Assembly: GCA_043803945.1 (NCBI GenBank)
Contig: JAZDJN010000070.1
Span: 1-59,048, forward strand
Direction of reading: 5' to 3'
DNA: 59,048 bases
Source of the DNA: a bacterium
GTDB taxonomy: Bacteria; Bacteroidota; Ignavibacteria; UBA10030
The position numbers and the translations under genes are program-made. Below the pieces are notes generated by a model. That model was given only the letters and a program-made list of their open reading frames with translations. It ran no database searches and was not told where the DNA came from. How positions within the stretch are numbered: the stretch's first letter is position 1; each line of letters starts with the position of its first letter. Shown here one piece after another: positions 51,543 to 59,048 of this stretch.

Positions 51543-51663
51543 GAGGTTGTCCAAAAAAATATTTATCAGATGAATTTCACACTTCAAGAGTTCGCAATCC
51601 AATGAAATATCGCAATCCCAATGTGGACGAGTTGGCAACTCGTCCTACATTTTGGACAACCCC
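51543..51663. mobile_element. MITE-like element with terminal inverted repeats and an internal REP-like palindrome
   Basis: GGTTGTCCAAAA (51545-51556) and TTTTGGACAACC (51650-51661) form a perfect 12-bp IR. Internal palindrome GGACGAGTTG-G-CAACTCGTCC ends in CTAC (GTAG on the minus strand). Confidence 0.6.
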
Positions 51664-51764
51664 ATGAGGAGAACTGGTAATAGGAGTACTATACAGGCTG
51701 ATAAAATGCAATAAATTATAATTAGTCATCAGTGAATTACAACAGTTATCCTACAAATTGCACA

Positions 51765-54260
51765 ATGAAAATTATGGAATCTACCATGATACCGATATCG
51801 TCTGGTATTGCATCCCTCCGAATGATCTATTCTTTTCTTCCCGCATGTTTGATTGTCCTCCTCCAGATGAACAGCCTTTCAGCACAGACGTTACAGGATG
51901 CTGAGAAAAGGCAACTAGTGAAGATCAGCCATCAATGGAGTTATCTTGAGGAGAATATAGCGTCTGTCGATCAGCTGAGCCTATCGAGGCAACAGTGGAT
52001 ATCGGTCGATCTCCCTCATACCTGGAATCGGTTTGATGTCGTTGATCAGGAACCTGGTTACCGCCGCTCCATCGGATGGTACAAGAAGGAATTGTCTGTT
52101 CCGGAGTTAAAGGCAGACTTGAGATTGATGCTCTATTTCGAGTGTGTGAACATCAAGAGCGAAATCTATGTCAACGGCGAGCTTGCCGGCAGCCATATCG
52201 GCGGATATGTGGGGTTCGATGTTGACATTACACCGTTTGTAAAGCAGGGAAACATCAATACAATCCTTGTAAAAGCTGATAATTCCTATGATCCCAATGT
52301 CATACCATCCCAGAAATCCGACTTTCATATCTATGGAGGTATTACGAGAGATGTCTGGTTGAAGGTGGTGGCGTCACGCTTTATCGACCATGTCAAAATT
52401 GCTACCCCGACGGTAGGCAAACAGAAGGCCGAAACAGCCATTGAGGCGGCTCTGACAAATAAGAGTGGCAGAGAGCAAACTGTCGAGCTTGATGTCGTAC
52501 TTCGTGACAGGAAAGGAAGGGAGGTCACTCAGACTTCGCGCAAGGTGACACTGGGTGTTGGAACATCCAACCATGCTTTTACGCTCCCTTCAATAAAGAA
52601 TCCGAATCTCTGGTCGCCATCGGATCCAGCACTCTATACACTTTCAATAACGGTGAACGAGAATGCAAAGCCTGTCGATCAGGTCGAGGAACGCGTCGGC
52701 TATCGTTGGTTTGAATTTAAGGATAATGGACCATTCTATTTAAATGGTGAACGGTTATTGCTTCGTGGAACTCACCGCCATGAAGATTTCGCCGGCTATG
52801 GTATGGCGATGCCCGATAGCCTCCATTGGACAGACATGAAGATGATTAAAGAGATGGGGGCGAACTTTGTACGACTTGCTCATTATCCCCAGGATCCCGA
52901 AGTCTATAAAGCATGTGATGAGCTCGGCATTCTCGTGTGGGATGAACTTCCCTGGTGCCGCGGCGGAAAGGGAGGAAGCAAATGGGAAGAACATACAAAG
53001 CGATTACTCCGTGAGCAGATTGTTCAGAATTTCAATCATCCCTCTATTATTATCTGGTCGCTGGGGAACGAATTCTACTGGCTGCCCGACACTGCCGGCG
53101 GTGATGGGGTGGGTGCGCTCCGGTCAATGATCAAGCAGTTGAATACAATTGCCCATGATCTTGATCCATACCGGGTGACAGCCACCCGCAAATTTACCGA
53201 AGGTGCCGACCTTGTCGATCTTGTCTCACCATCAATGTGGCCCGGCTGGTACAGCGGTGTCTATACGACGTTCGAAAAAGCGATCGCAGATGCGAAAAAG
53301 AATTTCAAAAAGTTTTTCCATGCAGAATATGGCGGAGATAGCCATGTCGGCCGCCACTCTGAACATCCGATCAACGGCGAAGGAATGGCAATTGCCGATG
53401 GGTGGGAAGAGAATATCAAACCGCAGAAGGTAAAAAATATTGCTCTGACCGGTGATTGGAGCGAGAATTACATCGTCGATCTCTTCGACTGGTATCTTCG
53501 CGTTTCCGAACAAACGCCATGGTTTACCGGTAACGCTCAATGGGCATTCAAGGATTTTCCAACGCCGCTGCGCCCTGAGAATCCAATTCCCTATATCAAT
53601 GAAAAAGGATTAGTGGATCGTGCGGGCGTTCCAAAAGATGCTTACTTTGTTTTTAAGAGTTATTGGACAACCTCACCATTATTCTGCTATATCGAATCGC
53701 ACACCTGGACGGAACGTTCGGGTCCGGCAAATACGCCGCGCATGGTGAATGTCTATAGTAATTGTGATGAGGTAGAACTGTTCCTGAACGGCGTGTCTCA
53801 GGGGAAAAAGAATAAGGAGATTAAGAGCTACCCTGCCTCCGGATTAAGCTGGAACGTCACGTTTGGTGCCGGCAAGAATGATCTGCGGGCTGTTGGCTAT
53901 CATAATGGAAAGCAGGCTGCGGAGGATTCGTTTACCCTTTCGTACACGACGCAACGAAGCACTGAACCTGATTGCATTGAATTAACTTCGAAACAATTAC
54001 CAAATGGGAATATTCTTGTGACTGCGACGACCGTGGATAAGAACGGTCTCCGCTGTCTGGACTACAATAAGCGTATCTATTTTTCGTCGGATGGAACAGG
54101 AGAACTCTACAGGAATTATGGGACACCAACACGCAGCACTGTTATCGAAATGTCGAATGGTTGTGCATCGATCGAGTTTAAACCTGTTCCCGGTGGGAAG
54201 GCAGTCATAGAAGCTCGCAATCAGGATTTTAAAGGAGCGTATCTGGTGATTACTGAGTAA
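51765..54260 (+). CDS. GH2 beta-glycosidase (beta-galactosidase/beta-glucuronidase-like)
   Basis: YGGITRDV, LRGTHRHED, GANFVRLAHYPQ, HPSIIIWSLGNE, AEYGG and NEKGL. The start is uncertain. Confidence 0.92.
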   Translation: MKIMESTMIPISSGIASLRMIYSFLPACLIVLLQMNSLSAQTLQDAEKRQLVKISHQWSYLEENIASVDQLSLSRQQWISVDLPHTWNRFDVVDQEPGYRRSIGWYKKELSVPELKADLRLMLYFECVNIKSEIYVNGELAGSHIGGYVGFDVDITPFVKQGNINTILVKADNSYDPNVIPSQKSDFHIYGGITRDVWLKVVASRFIDHVKIATPTVGKQKAETAIEAALTNKSGREQTVELDVVLRDRKGREVTQTSRKVTLGVGTSNHAFTLPSIKNPNLWSPSDPALYTLSITVNENAKPVDQVEERVGYRWFEFKDNGPFYLNGERLLLRGTHRHEDFAGYGMAMPDSLHWTDMKMIKEMGANFVRLAHYPQDPEVYKACDELGILVWDELPWCRGGKGGSKWEEHTKRLLREQIVQNFNHPSIIIWSLGNEFYWLPDTAGGDGVGALRSMIKQLNTIAHDLDPYRVTATRKFTEGADLVDLVSPSMWPGWYSGVYTTFEKAIADAKKNFKKFFHAEYGGDSHVGRHSEHPINGEGMAIADGWEENIKPQKVKNIALTGDWSENYIVDLFDWYLRVSEQTPWFTGNAQWAFKDFPTPLRPENPIPYINEKGLVDRAGVPKDAYFVFKSYWTTSPLFCYIESHTWTERSGPANTPRMVNVYSNCDEVELFLNGVSQGKKNKEIKSYPASGLSWNVTFGAGKNDLRAVGYHNGKQAAEDSFTLSYTTQRSTEPDCIELTSKQLPNGNILVTATTVDKNGLRCLDYNKRIYFSSDGTGELYRNYGTPTRSTVIEMSNGCASIEFKPVPGGKAVIEARNQDFKGAYLVITE

Positions 54261-54304
54261 CGATTCGGAATCGAATAATATTCTTCACAAGGAGAAATTG
54301 ACTT

Positions 54305-55666
54305 ATGAATACCCAGAAAGATGTGACCAGGCGCGAATTCGTCACGACAACGACGAAAGCGCTCGCAGGTGCAGCAATGTTGGGACAGTTCCAAGGTTCC
54401 ATACTAGCAGGACAAAGTAAACCTCGCAAACGGCTTGCCATGGTGGGAACAGGTCATCGGGGAACCGGTATGTGGGGGAAGAGCGTCGTCGAAGATCACG
54501 GCGAGATTGTGGAATTTGTTGGATTGTGCGATATCAATCCGGGCCGGCTGGAATTTGCCAAGGAGCATATGAAGGTGAATTGTCCGGTGTTCACTGACGT
54601 CGATACCATGCTGAAGCAAACTAAACCTGAGACCGTGATTGTCACCACAGTGGATGGAACGCATCATACCTTTATCGAGAAGGCAATGGCAATGGGGTGC
54701 ACGGTCGTTACAGAAAAGCCTCTGACGACAGATGAGGGTAAGTTGAAAACCATTCTGGATGCACAAAAAAAATATCAGAAGGAGATCATCGTCACCTTTA
54801 ATTATCGGTACTCACCGCACCGGGCGAAGCTGAAGGAATTGCTGATGCTGAAAAGAATCGGCAGGGTGACTTCGGTCGATTTTCACTGGTATCTCGATGT
54901 GTACCATGGAGCAGATTATTTCCGCCGGTGGCATCGTCTCCGCAAACACTCAGGTTCCCTTCTGGTGCATAAAGCATCGCACCACTTTGATCTGTTAAAC
55001 TGGTGGATTGATGCCGATCCTGCCATTGTGCACGCGTTTGGCAAACTTGAATTCTATGGGAAAAACAATTCGTTCCGTCACACTCACTGCCGTCCATGCC
55101 CTCATAAAGATCGATGCAGGTTTTTCTGGGATATGACGAAAGATGCACGGCTGATGAGTTTGTACGCTGCCAACGAGAAGTACGATGGATACATGAGAGA
55201 TGGCTGCGTATGGAAAGAGGATATCGATATCTTCGATAAAATGGCCGTTCAGATCAAGTATACCAATGATGTGCAAGTCAGCTATTCGCTGACAGCCTAT
55301 TCGCCCTATGAGGGATATCGCATCGCCTTTAACGGGACGGAAGGGCGGATGGAGGTATGGATTCATGAACGCCAACCCTGGCCGATGGATCCCTACGATG
55401 AAATTCGGGTGACGGATAACTTTGGCAAGACAGAGTTGATCCAGATATCGAATACAGAAGAAGGGCATGGCGGAGGAGATGTACGTTTGAAAGAGAAGAT
55501 TTTTAAGGATCCCTCGATGCCTGATCCGTTGAATCAAGCTGCCGGACTTCGCGAGGGCGCGATGGCAGTGTTAATTGGCATTGCAGCACGCAACAGCATC
55601 GATTCGGGAAAACCGGTTTCAATAAGCCAGTTAACCGATATTCCGTTGCGAACGGCGGCTCGATAG
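54305..55666 (+). CDS. Gfo/Idh/MocA family oxidoreductase, Tat-exported
   Basis: TRREFV Tat motif, GTGHRG, TEKP, FNYRY, HGADYFRRWH, HKASHHFD and GHGGGD. Confidence 0.9.
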   Translation: MNTQKDVTRREFVTTTTKALAGAAMLGQFQGSILAGQSKPRKRLAMVGTGHRGTGMWGKSVVEDHGEIVEFVGLCDINPGRLEFAKEHMKVNCPVFTDVDTMLKQTKPETVIVTTVDGTHHTFIEKAMAMGCTVVTEKPLTTDEGKLKTILDAQKKYQKEIIVTFNYRYSPHRAKLKELLMLKRIGRVTSVDFHWYLDVYHGADYFRRWHRLRKHSGSLLVHKASHHFDLLNWWIDADPAIVHAFGKLEFYGKNNSFRHTHCRPCPHKDRCRFFWDMTKDARLMSLYAANEKYDGYMRDGCVWKEDIDIFDKMAVQIKYTNDVQVSYSLTAYSPYEGYRIAFNGTEGRMEVWIHERQPWPMDPYDEIRVTDNFGKTELIQISNTEEGHGGGDVRLKEKIFKDPSMPDPLNQAAGLREGAMAVLIGIAARNSIDSGKPVSISQLTDIPLRTAAR

Positions 55667-55759
55667 GGCTCGGTTGAATAGAGTCTTCAATTGCTGAGAG
55701 AAAGAATTTGGAGATACGATTCGTGCCTCTCTCTACTACGCTGCTCTTACAAATCCATA

Positions 55760-55792
55760 AAAAAAGGCTCAGTTGCTCACTGAGCCTTTTTT
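55760..55792. terminator. Bidirectional rho-independent terminator
   Basis: AAAAAA-GGCTCAG-TTGCTCA-CTGAGCC-TTTTTT between convergent genes. Confidence 0.88.
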
Positions 55793-55843
55793 GCATGATG
55801 CATCCACCACAAATGTCCTTATCGTCTATAGTGCCAAATGGCA

Positions 55844-56170
55844 CTATCGCAGTAAGAGCATTTTCTTCGTCTGAACAACCTCGCTCGTTTGAAGTTGATA
55901 GAAATAGACTCCGCTCGGGAACTGGGAATTCCACTGTACCTGATAAGTGCCGGCGTTCTGTTTATGATTCACGAGCGTGGCAACGACCTGCCCGAGAGTA
56001 TTCATAACTTTCAATGATACATGGGATTCTTTCGGAAGCTGATAACGAATTGTTGTACTCGGATTGAATGGGTTGGGATAGTTATCAAAGAGTTCAAATT
56101 GTTCCGGCAGCGTTAGTGAAGGATCCTTCACTCTTACAACCGATGTCGATTTAATGTAAGAGAGATTGTT
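55844..56170 (-). pseudogene. Orphan T9SS type-A sorting domain, out of frame with the upstream GH76-like gene
   Basis: TSVVRVKD..LPEQFELFDNYPNPFNPSTTI..SGVYFY..TKKMLLLR has no plausible start or signal peptide of its own. Confidence 0.75.
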
Positions 56171-57299
56171 GATAGAGCACATAGGCAAATACACCGAATG
56201 CTCTGATTGCCTGCGATTGTGCATGAACCGTTCCCACCTCATCAACGCCGTACCCATCCTCACCTCCATAAGGATTCCAGCCATTCCGAATGCCATCATC
56301 CGAAAGGCGGTGCAGCACAACCGAGTTGTTCCCATGATGATTGGTCCACACATGATCGAGCATTGTTTCAATTTTTCCAGGAATATCGGAAAGTTGATCC
56401 GGTGCAACCAGGTATGCATCAAGAAGATAGTGAACGAATGCACCGTTGCCATCCATGCGAAGTTGATAGAAATCCTGAGGATCGATCCATCCGGATGCAG
56501 GATCCATCATGCGTTTGGCGGTCTTCACGACAATGTCTTTATACTTTGCCTGGTGTGTCACGCGATAGAGCGATGCAGCGATGGAACAATACTCAACGCC
56601 ATTCCATGGAAGCTGCTTGCCGAATGCTGCTCTCCCTGATTTTCCCGTCCACGTTCCATTGCCCCGATAAAATGTTTTTTCAATGCCGGGAAATTTCTTG
56701 TCCCCCTCCCAGGCCAGCAGTGCATCGATGATGAACCGTTGTTCTCCCGTTGCTTCATAGAGCCAGCAGCCCACATTGACCATTTGGTTCATGTTACTGT
56801 TTGTGAAAATGTTATCTTCGACTTTTGCCTTTGGAGGCCAATTGTACCAGCTCCAGTAACCTTCGTGGTTCGAAAACCTTCCCTCGGCTCGTGCCTCCAG
56901 GTACCGTTGCTTTGCATCCTCTACCCAGGCCATCCTCGTACGGCCTGTGAAATGCCACCAATACATTTCAGCCAGACAAATCCACGCACGGTCATCGACC
57001 CATGTTCCGTTAAACATCTTTCGCAAATCGAATGGTCCGGTGTAGAGACGCAGAAGGCCTGGATCCTTGGTGACCGCGTAAAGATGTGCATCTCCAATTG
57101 CGCCGTTTGCACCTTCCCAACCCGGTGTATAGACGCGGTGAAACAATGCATCTATGGCATAACATTGTTTCACGATCTTCTCAAGCGCCTGCGATGTTGC
57201 GGGTGTCCCCGATTTCTGTGCAAGCGCGAACTGCGATAGGAAGAGAAAGACCAATACCAGCGAAACCTGCTGCATTGGGCACGAACGAAGCAATTTCAT
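56151..57299 (-). CDS. GH76-like (alpha/alpha)6 glycoside hydrolase
   Basis: Signal peptide; WVDDRAW catalytic DD motif, NSNMN and DGNGAFVHYL; GGAG RBS. Confidence 0.65.
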   Translation of the reverse strand: MKLLRSCPMQQVSLVLVFLFLSQFALAQKSGTPATSQALEKIVKQCYAIDALFHRVYTPGWEGANGAIGDAHLYAVTKDPGLLRLYTGPFDLRKMFNGTWVDDRAWICLAEMYWWHFTGRTRMAWVEDAKQRYLEARAEGRFSNHEGYWSWYNWPPKAKVEDNIFTNSNMNQMVNVGCWLYEATGEQRFIIDALLAWEGDKKFPGIEKTFYRGNGTWTGKSGRAAFGKQLPWNGVEYCSIAASLYRVTHQAKYKDIVVKTAKRMMDPASGWIDPQDFYQLRMDGNGAFVHYLLDAYLVAPDQLSDIPGKIETMLDHVWTNHHGNNSVVLHRLSDDGIRNGWNPYGGEDGYGVDEVGTVHAQSQAIRAFGVFAYVLYQQSLLH

Positions 57300-57665
57300 T
57301 TTCTATCTCCCACCGGTTTCATCGTTCTACGATCTGGAAATTTGTATGACAGCAACGAATTGAGGTTACCGACTCTTCATTTACGGCCGCAAGTTCTACA
57401 TTCTGTTCTACGCTAACTATTAAAGTTTGAGATTAAAGTCAATAATTATCGAAAGTGTGCCTGTTTTTGCGTTCCTGACGGCTATTCTCTGTGGAATTGA
57501 AGGTAGGATTATAGCATAGATGGCTTCAGTAACTATTCGTTTACACACTTTCTCTTGGGGGAAAATGTCTCTCTATCCAAATACTTGCACACTTCCTCTG
57601 GAACTCGTATGTTGTGTCGAAGACAAGAAGCGTTATCCGGCATTTCGGTCACACACTGAGCATCT

Positions 57666-58556
57666 ATGAAACTCGCTCTCATATTTAATCCAGCATCGGC
57701 GCACTTTCGTGCTGCTAAACTTCTTCCTGAAATTAAATCTACATTTGCCCGAAGCGGTGTCGAACTGGATGTCTTTCAGACCGCATTCCCGGGCCATGGA
57801 ACCGAGCTTACGCTTCAACTTGACCTGACAAAGTACGACGGTGTTGTCGCCGGCGGGGGAGATGGAACGCTTTTCGAAGTGATCAACGGGTATTATCGAA
57901 ATCCGGCGCAGCGGGAAATCCCGCTGGGCATTCTTCCGATCGGAACCGGGAATGCCGTTGCACGCGACCTTGACCTGGATGCCACACGCTGGCACGAAGC
58001 TGTGGAAATCATCTGTGCCAATCGGCGGCGTAGAATGGACGTCGGCAGGTGCCGAACCAAAGAAAACGAATTCTATTATCTCAACATTCTCGGTCTCGGC
58101 TTTGTTGCCGATGTCGTTGCGATCGCCAACAAACTGAAATCGCTTGGCAATGTATCGTATACCATCGGAGTTCTCTGGCGGACGATCTTTCTGAAATCGA
58201 ATCGCCTCTCAATTGAATTAGATGGTGCACTGTTGGAACGCGATACGATATTTGTGGAAATTTCCAATACCCGCTGGACATCGAACTTTCTCATGGCACC
58301 CAATGCGAAGATCGACGATGGATTGCTGGATGTTACCATCCTTCGCACACTCTCGCGTACGCGGCTGCTGCAATGCTTTCCGAAAATATTCACCGGAGCG
58401 CATATTACCATGCCGGAGGTTGAGCAGATCAAAGCCCGCCACATCAAGATCGTTTCCGATTCTCCGAAAATACTGACGCCGGATGGAGAATTATTCGGCA
58501 CAACACCGATTGAGGTAGAATGCCTGCCGGGAGCCATAGAGGTGTTTTGGAAGTAA
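57666..58556 (+). CDS. Diacylglycerol kinase family lipid kinase (YegS/DgkB-like)
   Basis: FNPAS, GGDGTL, LPIGTGN, G.GF.A, IDDGLLDV and DGE. Confidence 0.92.
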   Translation: MKLALIFNPASAHFRAAKLLPEIKSTFARSGVELDVFQTAFPGHGTELTLQLDLTKYDGVVAGGGDGTLFEVINGYYRNPAQREIPLGILPIGTGNAVARDLDLDATRWHEAVEIICANRRRRMDVGRCRTKENEFYYLNILGLGFVADVVAIANKLKSLGNVSYTIGVLWRTIFLKSNRLSIELDGALLERDTIFVEISNTRWTSNFLMAPNAKIDDGLLDVTILRTLSRTRLLQCFPKIFTGAHITMPEVEQIKARHIKIVSDSPKILTPDGELFGTTPIEVECLPGAIEVFWK

Positions 58557-58676
58557 GCTTCAGGATTTACTATAGATGACTGTTTCATTGCGGCTATTCT
58601 CATTCCTTGCTTCACAGGTTTACTCTTGCTTCTCATTTGTACGATGTTATATTGCAATCACCTTTTAAGAGAAGCC

Positions 58677-59048
58677 ATGCACCCGTTGGCAATGAACACT
58701 TCGCAAAATAATCGGAACAATCTACAGCCCACTTCTGGTAACGGAAGCAAACCGAAGTTAATGGATCAACTTCGCGAAGCATTACGTTCCCGTCACTATA
58801 GCCGGCGTACGGAGGAATCGTATGAGCAATGGGTGAAACGATTCATTCATTTCCATAATATACGCCACCCATCGGAGATGGCCGAACCGGAGATTAACGC
58901 TTTTCTCACACATCTGGCTTTAAAAAAACATGTGAGCGCTTCGACGCAAAACCAGGCTCTTTCCGCGATCCTCTTTCTTTACCGCTATGTTCTCAACCGT
59001 GAGATAGGCAGTCTTGGTGAAGTGATACGGGCGCGGAAGTCCAATTAT
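58677..59048 (+). CDS. intI: Integron integrase, 5' part (runs off the window)
   Basis: KLMDQLREALRSRHYSRRTEESYEQWVKRFIHFH..HPSEM....INAFLTHLA..VSASTQNQALSAILFLYR is the typical IntI N-terminal domain. It is missing from the ORF track because no stop codon falls in the window. Confidence 0.88.
   Translation, partial: MHPLAMNTSQNNRNNLQPTSGNGSKPKLMDQLREALRSRHYSRRTEESYEQWVKRFIHFHNIRHPSEMAEPEINAFLTHLALKKHVSASTQNQALSAILFLYRYVLNREIGSLGEVIRARKSNY

Noticed and set aside
57300-58676. attI/attC sites or a LexA box upstream of intI
   Set aside because: No convincing RYYYAAC...GTTRRRY pair or SOS box was found by eye. An IntegronFinder run would be needed to exclude them.
1-59048. CRISPR arrays, tRNA, rRNA
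   Set aside because: No regularly spaced repeats or recognisable structural RNA genes were seen in the intergenic regions.

Overview
59-kb bacterial window. T9SS C-terminal sorting domains, a PorV-like barrel, non-SusC TonB receptors and strong Shine-Dalgarno sites suggest an Ignavibacteria/Chlorobi/KSB1-type FCB organism (inference). Most of it is a ~36-kb co-oriented polysaccharide-utilisation locus (19365-55666, 21 ORFs) for a uronate- and fucose-containing glycan. It encodes three lyase-like proteins, GH88, two GH105, GH28, GH29, a GH29/107-like and a GH95-like enzyme, GH97, GH2 and Tat-exported redox enzymes. No SusD is recognisable. Instead, each of the two TonB-dependent receptors is followed by a T9SS-cargo protein, and the second module has its own PorV-like barrel. 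A membrane-anchored winged-helix (ToxR/CadC-topology) regulator is divergent from the locus. Its 59-bp upstream element is duplicated in front of a decayed copy of the same regulator, next to a GH29 pseudogene. The flanks carry a probable IS630-like end, a frameshifted hybrid histidine kinase, pgmB, DDAH, a stand-alone LytTR gene, arsR-arsM with a perfect operator palindrome, a REP-containing MITE-like element, a GH76-like gene out of frame with a T9SS tail, a lipid kinase, and the 5' part of an integron integrase. Family calls come from motifs recognised by eye, not from database searches. No rRNA, tRNA or CRISPR array was seen.
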